The position numbers were made by a program, and so were the translations under genes. This document shows, one piece after another, positions 28,941 through 38,526 of a DNA stretch of 64,000 bases; positions within the stretch are counted from its first letter, which is position 1; every line of letters starts with the position of its first letter. The notes under the pieces are model-generated. The model was given only the letters and a program-made list of their open reading frames with translations, had not been told where the DNA came from and did not search any database. The stretch is taken from NCBI GenBank assembly GCA_017417315.1, contig JAFPZK010000075.1:2582-66581 (forward strand). The letters run 5' to 3'. The stretch comes from Bacteroidales bacterium (GTDB lineage: Bacteria > Bacteroidota > Bacteroidia > Bacteroidales > UBA3824).

Positions 28941-30212
28941 ATGCAACCGTTAGCAGAAAGATTAAGACCAAAAACTCTTGACGAATACATCGGACAAAAA
29001 CACCTCGTCGGCGAAGGCGGCGTTTTAAGAAATATGATTGAAACCGGCAAAATCCAAAGCATTATACTTTGGGGACCTCCGGGCGTTGGCAAAACGACAC
29101 TCGCAAAAATCATTTCAAAAGCCTCAAAACGACCGATGTTTTCTCTGAGCGCGATTTCAAGCGGAGTAAAAGAGGTGCGCGAAGTTTTGGACAATGCCAA
29201 ACATCAAAGCCTTTTCAGCCCCGTCTCCCCTATTCTGTTCATTGACGAAATCCACCGTTTCAACAAAACGCAACAGGACTCGCTTCTCGGCGCAGTGGAA
29301 CAGGGAGTTATAACGCTTATCGGCGCAACAACGGAAAATCCGTCGTTTGAAGTCAATTCTCCTTTACTTTCACGCTGCGAAGTCTATGTCTTAAAACCTC
29401 TCGAAAAGTCTGATTTGGAAGTACTTCTAAACCGTGCCTTAACCGAAGACGAAGTTTTGAAAGAGATGGACATAAAAGTAGAAGAGACGACTGCGCTTTT
29501 CCGTCAGAGCGGCGGCGATGCAAGAAAACTGCTGAACGTCTTGGAAATAATCATCAACGCCGAAACCTCCGGCACTGTTGTTATCAATGACGAAACGGTT
29601 GCAAAACGCCTTCAAAAAAACACAGCCATTTATGACAAAAAAGGCGATATGCACTACGACATCATTTCGGCTTTCATAAAATCAATACGCGGAAGCGATG
29701 CTAATGCAGCAATTTATTATTTAGCAAGAATGTTGAACGGCGGCGAAGATTTAAAATTTATTGCGCGACGACTTGTCATAAGTGCCTCGGAAGACATCGG
29801 ACTTGCAAACCCTAACGCCATGCTGTTGGCAAACGCTTGTTTTCAGGCAGTTAACACGGTCGGTTATCCCGAATCGAGAATAATGCTTGCCGAATGTGTA
29901 ATTTATTTGGCAAATTCTCCGAAGTCAAATTCGGCTTACAATGCGATAAATTCGGCGATGGAATTTGCTCAAAAAACCGGCGATTTGCCCGTGCCGCTCC
30001 ACCTTAGAAACGCTCCGACAAAACTCATGGAGCAACTCGGTTACGGTAGCGAATATAAATACGCCCACGATTACAAAGGTCATTTTGTTGAACAAGAATT
30101 TATGCCGGAGAATATCTCCGGCACAACATTCTATTTTCCGCAAGACAATCCCGCTGAACAAAAAGCAAAGGATACTATCCAAAAACTTTGGAACGGGAAA
30201 TACAAAACTTAG
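28941..30212 (+). CDS. rarA: Replication-associated recombination protein A (MgsA/RarA AAA+ ATPase)
   Basis: MQPLAERLRPKTLDEYIGQ, GPPGVGKTT, FIDEIHRFNK, C-terminal MgsA_C pattern. Confidence 0.9.
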   Translation: MQPLAERLRPKTLDEYIGQKHLVGEGGVLRNMIETGKIQSIILWGPPGVGKTTLAKIISKASKRPMFSLSAISSGVKEVREVLDNAKHQSLFSPVSPILFIDEIHRFNKTQQDSLLGAVEQGVITLIGATTENPSFEVNSPLLSRCEVYVLKPLEKSDLEVLLNRALTEDEVLKEMDIKVEETTALFRQSGGDARKLLNVLEIIINAETSGTVVINDETVAKRLQKNTAIYDKKGDMHYDIISAFIKSIRGSDANAAIYYLARMLNGGEDLKFIARRLVISASEDIGLANPNAMLLANACFQAVNTVGYPESRIMLAECVIYLANSPKSNSAYNAINSAMEFAQKTGDLPVPLHLRNAPTKLMEQLGYGSEYKYAHDYKGHFVEQEFMPENISGTTFYFPQDNPAEQKAKDTIQKLWNGKYKT

Positions 30213-31438
30213 TTCTCTCTGCTACACTGCGCATTAAGAATACGCCAACTTTGGTCAATCGGATTTTCAATCAGTTTTTCCAAATAATGGAATTTGATGC
30301 CGAACTTATTTTTTATCGCATCAATTTGCGCTTGAATTTTATCCTGCTCCTCTTTGGACAACTCCTCCCCTTTTTCAGCGGTGATAATCAGTTTTTTAGA
30401 TGTGTTGTCGTATTCCACAAATTCAAAAACCTTAGTCTTATAACCGTGTTTTGTGAGGATTAAAGCACGCAGGGAATCGGTAATTAATTCAGCCTGACGT
30501 TCGAGCAAAATGCCGTATTTCAAAGCGGGGAAAAGCACGTTGTTTTCGGTGATTTTCATCTGATTGCGGATTTGCTTATGACAACACGGAGCAACAACAA
30601 TGACCTTTGCGTTAGCCTTTAAGCCTAAATAAAGGGCATCATCGGTAGCCGTATCACAGGCATGAAGCGCAATAAGCATATCAAGGTTTTCTGCCTTAAA
30701 CTCGTTGATATTGCAGCAGTTAAACTTTAAGCCGCCAAAGAGTGCCTTTTGAGCCGTATTGTTACAAAACTTCACCAAACTATCCTGAGTTTCAACGCCT
30801 TGCATATCAACGTGCATGTCCAAAACATTGGTCAGATAATCATAAACGGCAAAAGTCAAGTAACCTTTTCCGCAACCCATATCGGCAATTTTTACAAGAG
30901 GAATATCTTTTAAATTTCCGGCAAGAGTGTCAATAATTTCGACAAATTTTTCCACTTGTTTGAATTTTGCACTCATACTCGGAATCACTTCGCCTTTTTG
31001 ATCGGTAATACCCAAAGATTTCAGATAAACATTATCTTTGGTTTCGATAAGACGTTTTTTTACTTGGTCGTGCTGACCGTCCGCAGCCTCGGTAAAGGTC
31101 GGTTTCTGTTTGTAAATTTTCGGAACTCTTTTATTATTGTACTTCAATTCCCAATCTTCTTTGGTGGTGTAAAGAATTACATTCAAAAAATTGTTGCCGA
31201 TAACAGTTTCCAACTGCCTCACACCGTCTTCAACGCTGAAATTTTTTGTGACGTCTTGGCGGACGTATTTATAAACAAACTGTAAATTAGGTTTGTCCTG
31301 CAATTTCACGAATCTAACAACGATTTTGTTAAGTTCTTGATTATCAAGAACTCTCTTAGAAAGGATAAGTTTTACAAAAGTGCCTTTGTAAACCGAAGAA
31401 CTCACCTTTTCGGTAAATTCCTGAACAACTTTGTCCAT
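30209..31438 (-). CDS. Class I SAM-dependent methyltransferase (Methyltransf_32-like)
   Basis: 409 aa. DMGCGKGYLT SAM motif and APCCHKQIR motif. Confidence 0.65.
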   Translation of the reverse strand: MDKVVQEFTEKVSSSVYKGTFVKLILSKRVLDNQELNKIVVRFVKLQDKPNLQFVYKYVRQDVTKNFSVEDGVRQLETVIGNNFLNVILYTTKEDWELKYNNKRVPKIYKQKPTFTEAADGQHDQVKKRLIETKDNVYLKSLGITDQKGEVIPSMSAKFKQVEKFVEIIDTLAGNLKDIPLVKIADMGCGKGYLTFAVYDYLTNVLDMHVDMQGVETQDSLVKFCNNTAQKALFGGLKFNCCNINEFKAENLDMLIALHACDTATDDALYLGLKANAKVIVVAPCCHKQIRNQMKITENNVLFPALKYGILLERQAELITDSLRALILTKHGYKTKVFEFVEYDNTSKKLIITAEKGEELSKEEQDKIQAQIDAIKNKFGIKFHYLEKLIENPIDQSWRILNAQCSREN

Positions 31439-31498
31439 TTTTTTTAAGTGTTAACGTTTTATATTATTAATGTTTTTTTTAAATTTTACATGCAAAAA

Positions 31499-32287
31499 TC
31501 AAGCCGATAATACACGAAATTCCACCCTGAAAACAGGCTTTTCTTCTCTTAGCATTTCTATTTGCCGACAATCCGGCGAAGGTGCTTGCATAATCAGTTC
31601 AACTTCTTGATTGTAAAGTACTTCCGAAAGAAAATTTAAATCAGCCGAAACGATTTTTCCGCTTTTAAAAAAATCCTCTCCGAGCATATTGAGCGACATT
31701 TCTAAGTAACGCATACTATACAAATGTCCGTTAATGTCAATATCAGAATACATCACGCGATATTTTAACCGCTTAGCATTTTCTGAAAAATTAAACCGTA
31801 AATGCTTATATTTTTCCACTTGATTTTCTTTTTCGAAAACAAGGTCTCCGACACCCGGAAAAGCATCGTCCAAAAATACCGGACGGCGCGTTAAAGTATT
31901 GATAATAAGCCACTCAGACGATACATCGGCGACTTTTGCATTGTCAGAGCCGGTTATAAAAAAATCACGTTTACAAGTTATTTTTGAATAGTCGGAAATT
32001 TTTGTCTTAACAAAAATAAAAGCATTAACCTCAGGAAAAGAATAAAAATCGAAGTGCAACCCCGAAATCACCCAAGTCATGTTTTTATTTTGAAGAGCCT
32101 GCATCGAAATATTCAATTCCATAGCATGAAGCCCCGCCGTATCCAAAATATAATTTCCTAATCTCGGAATAGACAATTTTCCCGTAAAATCAGCGTCATT
32201 GTAATTAACTCTGTATTTATTGTTAAAAATTTTTAACATTTCAAATTTTATTTTCTCCAAATTTAAATCTTTTTTTTCTCCCGACAA
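31499..32287 (-). CDS. Acyl-ACP thioesterase
   Basis: 262 aa. Double hot-dog pattern (YRVNYNDADFTGK..., RVMYSDIDINGH). Confidence 0.75.
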   Translation of the reverse strand: MSGEKKDLNLEKIKFEMLKIFNNKYRVNYNDADFTGKLSIPRLGNYILDTAGLHAMELNISMQALQNKNMTWVISGLHFDFYSFPEVNAFIFVKTKISDYSKITCKRDFFITGSDNAKVADVSSEWLIINTLTRRPVFLDDAFPGVGDLVFEKENQVEKYKHLRFNFSENAKRLKYRVMYSDIDINGHLYSMRYLEMSLNMLGEDFFKSGKIVSADLNFLSEVLYNQEVELIMQAPSPDCRQIEMLREEKPVFRVEFRVLSA

Positions 32288-32329
32288 AAAAAAAGTTCAT
32301 TTTTTTTTACTTCGGACTAAAATTTGTTG

Positions 32330-32337
32330 TACTTTTG
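32330..32337 (+). promoter_or_regulatory. -7 box TACTTTTG
   Basis: 30 nt upstream of ATG 32368. The track start at 32335 is a TTG inside the box. Confidence 0.45.
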
Positions 32338-32367
32338 TCGGAATTTTTTTCAAAGCAAAAGCAATAT

Positions 32368-34164
32368 ATGTTAAAACACATTGTCATATTATTTTTAATA
32401 CCGCTGATAGTATTCTTGACACCCGAAAAGGCATTTTCTATCGGGAAAGACCCTCATATAAAAGAGTTGGAGCAAAAACTCAAAAACGCTCAAACCGACA
32501 AAGAAAAAGTTGCGATAGGTATAGAATTAGCCTCATATTGTTTGGACAAAAACGACAAACAATGCGAAACTTATGCTAACGCCGCACTCAAAATCGCCAA
32601 AAAAAACAAGATGGAAGACGAAATGGCGGATTTGTATGCAACAATAGGTTCGTTTCATTTTCAAAACAAAACCTACCGCAAAGCCATCAATGCTTTGGAA
32701 GAAGAATATAAAATCCGCAAGAAAAAACTTCAAGCCAAACCGCGAGCCATAACTTGTTATAATTTAGGTACTTGCTATATGGAAAACGGCAATCAGCGAA
32801 AAGCGTTAACATATCTTGACGAAGCAAAACAACTCGCTAAAAAACTCGGCAACAAAGAACTTCTTGACCTCGTAACCAAGACTTTGGCAGAGTCGGCGGC
32901 AAAACAAAAAGACTACAAGGCGGCATACACTTACCTCCAAAAATACCTTCAAGGCGAAAACAAGCGTTTTGCAAAAGAAACCCGCCTGCTGAAAGAACTC
33001 AAAGAAATTAAAGAAATCAACGAACAGCAAGAACAGAAAATCGAGGAGCAGGAGCAGTTAATCGTCAAAAAAGATTCGACGATACAAGTGGTTTCTACCG
33101 AAAAAGAAGAACTCGAAAGAAAGAAAAAAGAACTTCTGATGGCAAACGAACTTCAAGAAGCAAAACTCAAAAGTCAGGCTCTCGAAAAAGAAAATATGGA
33201 CAAGGAGATGAAAATTGCCAAACTTCATAACAATATATTTATAATAGTGTTGGTCTCGGTAATTTTGTCCATACTTATTGCGACGTTTTTCGTAGTAAGA
33301 GGTTACAGAAGAAGGAAAAAATACAACAACGTATTAAAGGCAAAAAACGAAGAAATCACAAGCAAAAATGCCGAACTTACAAAAAGTTACGACATTATCA
33401 AAATCAAAAACAAAGATATTACCGACAGTTTGACATACGCAGGCAAAATTCAGAAAGCCATGTTAAGAGACTTCGGCAATTATACGAATTTGGTAAAGGA
33501 TTATTTCATATTTTACGCGCCCAAAGACATTGTTTCGGGTGATTTCTATTGGTCGCACCGCGTTGACAACAAGTTTGTTTTTACCGTCGGCGATTGTACG
33601 GGACACTCGGTTCCGGGAGCGTTTATGAGCATGCTCGGAATCGCACTTTTAAACCAAATCGTCGTTCAAGAAAGAGAGTTTACAGCCTCAAAAATTCTTG
33701 AAAAAATGAGAGTTCTCGTAAAATCCTATTTAGGACAGACCGGCGACAACGAAGAGCCGAAAGACGGTATGGATATGTCGCTGTGCGTGTGGGACTTGGA
33801 AAACGGTGAAGGTAATTTTTCGGGCGCATACAATCCGCTTTGGCAGATAAGACACGGCGAAATTAACGTTTTTAATGCCGTAAAATGTCCGGTAGGCGTT
33901 CATAATAGGGAAATAAAATTTGAAGACCACTTTTTCAAAATCGAAAAAGCCGACAAATATTATATGTTTTCGGACGGTTATGCCGATCAATTCGGCGAAA
34001 CGACACAAGAAAAATTCAAAGTTGCCCGATTCAAGAAACTTCTTGTCGACACATGCAGCCTGAGTATGAAACAACAAGGCGATTATATAGAGAAAAAATA
34101 TTACGCTTGGAAAGGAAATTTCATACAAATTGACGACGTATGTGTTTTGGGTATAGAAATATAA
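32368..34164 (+). CDS. TPR - coiled coil - TM - PP2C/SpoIIE-family protein phosphatase
   Basis: Signal/TM, TPR repeats, long coiled coil, one TM, then KDIVSGDFYW...DCTGHSVPGAFMSMLG...DGMDMS...SDGYADQ PP2C motifs. Confidence 0.8.
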   Translation: MLKHIVILFLIPLIVFLTPEKAFSIGKDPHIKELEQKLKNAQTDKEKVAIGIELASYCLDKNDKQCETYANAALKIAKKNKMEDEMADLYATIGSFHFQNKTYRKAINALEEEYKIRKKKLQAKPRAITCYNLGTCYMENGNQRKALTYLDEAKQLAKKLGNKELLDLVTKTLAESAAKQKDYKAAYTYLQKYLQGENKRFAKETRLLKELKEIKEINEQQEQKIEEQEQLIVKKDSTIQVVSTEKEELERKKKELLMANELQEAKLKSQALEKENMDKEMKIAKLHNNIFIIVLVSVILSILIATFFVVRGYRRRKKYNNVLKAKNEEITSKNAELTKSYDIIKIKNKDITDSLTYAGKIQKAMLRDFGNYTNLVKDYFIFYAPKDIVSGDFYWSHRVDNKFVFTVGDCTGHSVPGAFMSMLGIALLNQIVVQEREFTASKILEKMRVLVKSYLGQTGDNEEPKDGMDMSLCVWDLENGEGNFSGAYNPLWQIRHGEINVFNAVKCPVGVHNREIKFEDHFFKIEKADKYYMFSDGYADQFGETTQEKFKVARFKKLLVDTCSLSMKQQGDYIEKKYYAWKGNFIQIDDVCVLGIEI

Positions 34165-34216
34165 TTTTTTTTTGAAAAAAATCATAAAAAAAATTGTATT
34201 TGACAAATCAAAACCG

Positions 34217-34224
34217 TATATTTG
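34217..34224 (+). promoter_or_regulatory. -7 box TATATTTG
   Basis: 76 nt upstream of ATG 34301. Confidence 0.35.
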
Positions 34225-34300
34225 CAAAGTGAAATAAAGCGGTGAAAAACCCACTATATTAAAGTTAAAACGGTAAAAAAAGATTAGAAATAAAGATATT

Positions 34301-34681
34301 ATGGAGAATATACATATTCCGGGTTCGCATGACGGTTATTTCGTACCGACGGTGGATTTCAATTATCAAAACGGAGTCTGTGAGATTTCGGGTGAGTCTT
34401 TTTTGGAAGAGACGAATGTGTTTTATGCCCCTTTGATTGCATGGATAAGGGACTACACAAAAACCGGATTACCACTGATTTTTAATTGTAAACTGACTTA
34501 TTTCAACACAAGTTCAACAAAGAGTTTGTTGGATATTTTCAAACTTTTGAAAAAATATGAAATAGACGGCGGTCAGGTTACGGTTAATTGGTATTATGAC
34601 AACGAAGACCTCGACCTTGAAGAGGCTATACAAGACTATATCACGGATACCGGCTTGAAAATCAATATGATTAATTTCTAA
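34301..34681 (+). CDS. DUF1987 / SiaC-like small regulatory protein
   Basis: 126 aa. GESFLEETNVFYAPLIAWI...FNCKLTYFNTSSTKSLLDIF pattern recalled from the SiaC/DUF1987 family. Confidence 0.7.
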   Translation: MENIHIPGSHDGYFVPTVDFNYQNGVCEISGESFLEETNVFYAPLIAWIRDYTKTGLPLIFNCKLTYFNTSSTKSLLDIFKLLKKYEIDGGQVTVNWYYDNEDLDLEEAIQDYITDTGLKINMINF

Positions 34682-34744
34682 ATATTATTCGCATAGTTTG
34701 TTTTAGTTTCGGCTGTCGTATTTTTTATGGCAGCCTTTTAGTGT

Positions 34745-35374
34745 TTAATAATGACGGTAATATTTTTTCAAGATTTTTATCTGAACACCGGCTGTCAGCA
34801 ACACCGCCTGATTAGTGATTTTTGTATCGTTTCTATCTGAGATGTTAACAAGTCCGTATTCGTAAGCAATTTCGATATTACCTCTGAGATTTCTCAAACC
34901 GAGTTCCACACCGAAAGCAGCCCTCGGTCCGAAATCAATTTTCTTGTAATCAAGCCGGGTTCCTGAAAGAATTTTATGATTGAAACAATATCCCGAATAC
35001 ATGCCTAAACCGAGATAAAACAAATCCAAAAAATATGCCCTAAGATTACCGCAGGCTTCAAAATAACTCATAAACGAACTGAATTGTCCGCCGATAGCAT
35101 CAAGAGGATATTTTTCACCTTTTCCGCAATAAGAAACCTCGCCGTAAAGTCTAAGAAACTCATTAGGCAATTCATGCCCGAAACCTGCCGAAATAGTAAA
35201 TCCCCGTTGAAAATCAGTAAGTTGTTTTTGAGTTGCAACATCGTCAAAAGGCGAAGAAAACACCGTACCGAATTTAAATTCTAAGAATTGCGTTTGGGCG
35301 TAACAAAGGTTTCCCGTCAAAAAAATGACGGAAAACCACAAAAAAACTATTTTATAAAACCAGTTTTTCGGCAT
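34745..35374 (-). CDS. Outer-membrane beta-barrel protein (porin-family-like)
   Basis: Signal peptide, alternating beta-strand pattern, aromatic near the C-terminus. Confidence 0.5.
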   Translation of the reverse strand: MPKNWFYKIVFLWFSVIFLTGNLCYAQTQFLEFKFGTVFSSPFDDVATQKQLTDFQRGFTISAGFGHELPNEFLRLYGEVSYCGKGEKYPLDAIGGQFSSFMSYFEACGNLRAYFLDLFYLGLGMYSGYCFNHKILSGTRLDYKKIDFGPRAAFGVELGLRNLRGNIEIAYEYGLVNISDRNDTKITNQAVLLTAGVQIKILKKYYRHY

Positions 35375-36144
35375 ATTTTTACGGACTGAACCGCCTCCTT
35401 GACATCATGAACCCTGAGAATGTCCGCGCCCTTGTTCAAAGCAATTGTATTCAATACCGTCGTACCGTTTAATGATTCCGCCGGTGTTATATTCAACAAC
35501 TTAAAAATCATAGATTTGCGTGAAATTCCGACCAAAAGCGGCATCTCAAAAATCTGTAATTTTTCCATATCACGCAGTAACTCATAATTTTCGTCAAGCG
35601 TTTTGGCAAAACCGAAACCCGGGTCAAGAATTATATCTTTTACTCCGAGTTGTTTCAATTTGTCGGTTTGACGAACAAAAAACTGCATAACGCCTTCCTC
35701 TGTATTATGCGTTAAAACATAACACACCGAATATTTTGCCGCAACGGAAAAAATATTTTCGTCCGCTAAACCGCCCGAAATATCATTTATTATTGAAACT
35801 CCGTAATTTTTAACAGCAAATTCCGCAACGCCGCTGCGGTAAGTGTCAACAGAAATCACGGCTTCAGGAAATTTATTCGTTATAAGCCTCAATGCAAAAT
35901 CTAAACGCTTAATTTCCTCGTTTTCAGCAATTTCAGTGTATCCGGGACGCGTAGAACACGCTCCTAAATCTATAAATTCAGCACCCGAAGACAAATGCTT
36001 TTCTGTCTTCTCCAAAATATCCTTTTCGGTCTGACAACGGCTGTCGGAAAAAAAAGAATCAGGGGTAACGTTAACGATTCCCATAACCCTCGGTTCGGAA
36101 AAATCAATAACGTTACCCTTGCAATTGATACAATAGTTTTTCAT
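35347..36144 (-). CDS. folP: Dihydropteroate synthase
   Basis: 265 aa. MGIVNVTPDSFSD, DIGACSTRPG and DPGFGFAK motifs. Confidence 0.9.
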   Translation of the reverse strand: MKNYCINCKGNVIDFSEPRVMGIVNVTPDSFFSDSRCQTEKDILEKTEKHLSSGAEFIDLGACSTRPGYTEIAENEEIKRLDFALRLITNKFPEAVISVDTYRSGVAEFAVKNYGVSIINDISGGLADENIFSVAAKYSVCYVLTHNTEEGVMQFFVRQTDKLKQLGVKDIILDPGFGFAKTLDENYELLRDMEKLQIFEMPLLVGISRKSMIFKLLNITPAESLNGTTVLNTIALNKGADILRVHDVKEAVQSVKICRKTGFIK

Positions 36145-37067
36145 TATTCTTTCGGAACAATTTCGTTAATGTTGAACACACGTTTACCGTTACGATAAGC
36201 GATAACGAATGCGCCTTTGACACCCATTTTTTTGATTGCCGCAGCCGCCTCTTCGTAAGTGTTGTAATACCCTACCGAATATCTGAAAATACCGCCGTCC
36301 TCTTCGTTACTGATAATATCTTTTGAGGGATAAATTTCACGAAGTCTCTTGATTGACAAAGGTACGACATCGGCAGCAATCTGAACCTTGAAAACGATTT
36401 TCTCGGTTTTTTCAACAGCCACAGGCTTTTCTTCAATATCCTCGTAACCGGTTTCTTCTACTTGCGGCTTTTCGGGCTTATCATACCAGCCGAGCAAAAC
36501 TGCGTATGTCTGAATCTGTAAAGAAATTGCCTCCTTTTGCAGTCGTGAAGCCTCTTCCTTAATTTTCGCTACTTGTTTTTGATCGGCTTTTTTGCCGGTC
36601 GGCAGTTTTTTCAAGTTGTCAGAAGCCGAAGTCCAAGAGGTTGTTGCATCAGAGGTAAGAGTTGTAGCCGCTTCCTTTTTCTTGTCAGAAGCCTCCTGGG
36701 ACAAATCCTTTATGTTAGCAGCATAAATGCCGTATGTTGTGGAATTAGCCTTCTCATACAAGTTGTACGCCGTAATTTTTTGAGCAATAAGAGGCGTTTC
36801 AATCGTTTCGGCTTGTTTTAATAATTTTTTTGCTTTTCCTTTTGCCATTCCCGCCGCCTGAGATTTCAGTTTATCGGCCTCGGCTTGTTTCGAAGCGCAT
36901 TTTTCCAACAACGTTTCGGCTTTTGCGACTTGTTGCTCAGCATCAGAAAGTTGTGAAACTTCCGCTGCCGACAATTGTTCTTTTATGGCTTCCGTCTGGT
37001 TAAATTCTTGTGCGTTAACAACTCCGAAAGCCGCCGCAATAATAATTGTAAAAATAATTTTTTTCAT
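36144..37067 (-). CDS. SPOR-domain protein with long coiled-coil N-terminal region
   Basis: Signal peptide. C-terminal FKVQIAA...FRYSVGYYNTYEEAAAAIKKMGVKGAFVIAY SPOR pattern. Confidence 0.7.
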   Translation of the reverse strand: MKKIIFTIIIAAAFGVVNAQEFNQTEAIKEQLSAAEVSQLSDAEQQVAKAETLLEKCASKQAEADKLKSQAAGMAKGKAKKLLKQAETIETPLIAQKITAYNLYEKANSTTYGIYAANIKDLSQEASDKKKEAATTLTSDATTSWTSASDNLKKLPTGKKADQKQVAKIKEEASRLQKEAISLQIQTYAVLLGWYDKPEKPQVEETGYEDIEEKPVAVEKTEKIVFKVQIAADVVPLSIKRLREIYPSKDIISNEEDGGIFRYSVGYYNTYEEAAAAIKKMGVKGAFVIAYRNGKRVFNINEIVPKE

Positions 37068-37165
37068 TTTCGTTACTTTTTTTCGTGGTTAATCACGGTT
37101 GTTTTTATTACCGCTATGCAATAAGAGTTCCATAAAGTGTTAAAAAATAAAAAAAAACAGTTCAT

Positions 37166-37201
37166 AAAAAAAAGTAGAGACGTAGCACGCTACGTCTCTA
37201 C
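37166..37201 (-). terminator. Intrinsic terminator after the SPFH-GYF gene
   Basis: Perfect 12-bp stem GTAGAGACGTAG/CTACGTCTCTAC with a 4-nt loop, followed on the minus strand by eight T. Confidence 0.75.
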
Positions 37202-37223
37202 CAACATTTTTATATAAAAAATT

Positions 37224-38363
37224 TTAGTTCATTGGTGGTGGAGGGGGCGGAGGAACTGCACCGAAAAGTTGCGAAAGTTCTTGAACCGTACTTGCCGGAG
37301 CCCAACCTGCCATACCTTGTTTCCAAACCTGAGTTTGAGGCGTAAACTGTCCTTGCGCTGCCATTTGCTGCAAAGTATTCATATCAAAAGGACCTTGTTG
37401 TTGTCCGTTAACTGCCAAATAATACACCGATGTCTGCAACGGAGGAGGCATTGAACCTGTTTGTTGCTGATACTGAGGTTGCTGATAACGCTGCTGATTC
37501 ATCATATTCTGTTGATTCATCATATTTTGCATCATCATCATACCCATCATACCTTCCATTCCGCCGCCACCGCCTTGATTTGCGGCTGCCTCTTTCATAG
37601 CATCTGCCTGCATTTTCTGCGAATAAACATCAACTCCGCCCAAACCTTGAAGATGTGTTCTCTCTTCAAGTACTTTGTCAAGCGACTCAGGAAGATTGAT
37701 GTTAGAAACAAGCAATTTTGTAAATGTGATACCGTATTCAGGAAATTCCTCATTAATACGTTTTTCACATATCTGACTCAAATCCTTGTAATTGCTTGCA
37801 AGGTCAAGGAAAGGTCTACCGCTTTCGCCGATAGAATCAATCAAGTTTGTGGAAATCACGCTGCGAAGTTCTTCTACGCAATCGTCAGTCTTATAAATAG
37901 CCGAATTTGCACAGAGTTTCTTCACAAAGTTACCCGGGTCGGTTACCTGCCAAGAATAAGTACCAAATGCACCTATTTGAACCTGACCGAAATCTTTGTC
38001 CCTAATCCATACTTTACCCGGAGTACCCCATTTTTGCGCGATGAAAACCGTGGTGTTGATGAAAAGGATTTCACATTTAAAAGGACTGTCAAATCCGTAT
38101 TTCCAACTTTTTAAAGTTGTGGTAATAGGCATATTCTGAGTTGTCAACTCATAATGTCCGGGCTGAAAAATATCACCGATTTCACCCTCGTTCAAGAACA
38201 CGGCAACCTGACCTTCATTTACCGTAAGCTGCGCGCCGTTTTTAATTGCGCTGTCTTTCCTTTCAAAGCGTTTCATAACAATATCCTTTCCGAAAGTCGG
38301 GCAATAGATATTATCTATGAGTTCGCCTTTGATGAACTCCTTTGCTATATCAAACAATCCCAT
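37224..38363 (-). CDS. SPFH-like (virion-core/YdjI-like) domain - Q/N/M-rich linker - GYF_2 domain protein
   Basis: N-terminus MGLFD...VNEGQVAVF.... Linker GGGGGMEGMMGMMMMQNMMNQQNMMNQQRYQQPQYQQQ. C-terminus YYLAVNGQQQGPF...WKQGMAGWAP and PPPPPPPMN. Confidence 0.7.
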   Translation of the reverse strand: MGLFDIAKEFIKGELIDNIYCPTFGKDIVMKRFERKDSAIKNGAQLTVNEGQVAVFLNEGEIGDIFQPGHYELTTQNMPITTTLKSWKYGFDSPFKCEILFINTTVFIAQKWGTPGKVWIRDKDFGQVQIGAFGTYSWQVTDPGNFVKKLCANSAIYKTDDCVEELRSVISTNLIDSIGESGRPFLDLASNYKDLSQICEKRINEEFPEYGITFTKLLVSNINLPESLDKVLEERTHLQGLGGVDVYSQKMQADAMKEAAANQGGGGGMEGMMGMMMMQNMMNQQNMMNQQRYQQPQYQQQTGSMPPPLQTSVYYLAVNGQQQGPFDMNTLQQMAAQGQFTPQTQVWKQGMAGWAPASTVQELSQLFGAVPPPPPPPMN

Positions 38364-38497
38364 ATTCTTTAAAGTGTTTTTTAGGTTTTTAAAATAAGTA
38401 ATTTTTACGGCGTAAATGTATAATTTTTATTTGATACACTCAAAGGCTTTTAATTATTTTTAACACAAAAAAGTATGTCTTTTGCGGATATAAATCA

Positions 38498-38505
38498 TAA
38501 TTTTG
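38498..38505 (+). promoter_or_regulatory. -7 box TAATTTTG, candidate promoter of the six-gene operon
   Basis: 21 nt upstream of ATG 38527. The track start at 38503 is a TTG inside the box. Confidence 0.45.
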
Positions 38506-38526
38506 AGGAAAATTATTAAACAAATT

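Noticed and set aside
38475-38519. 14-codon ORF MSFADINHNFEENY as a possible RiPP precursor for the downstream operon
   Set aside because: It overlaps the TAATTTTG -7 box (38498-38505), so it would lie upstream of the predicted transcription start. It is very short and has no leader/core features. It remains unsupported.
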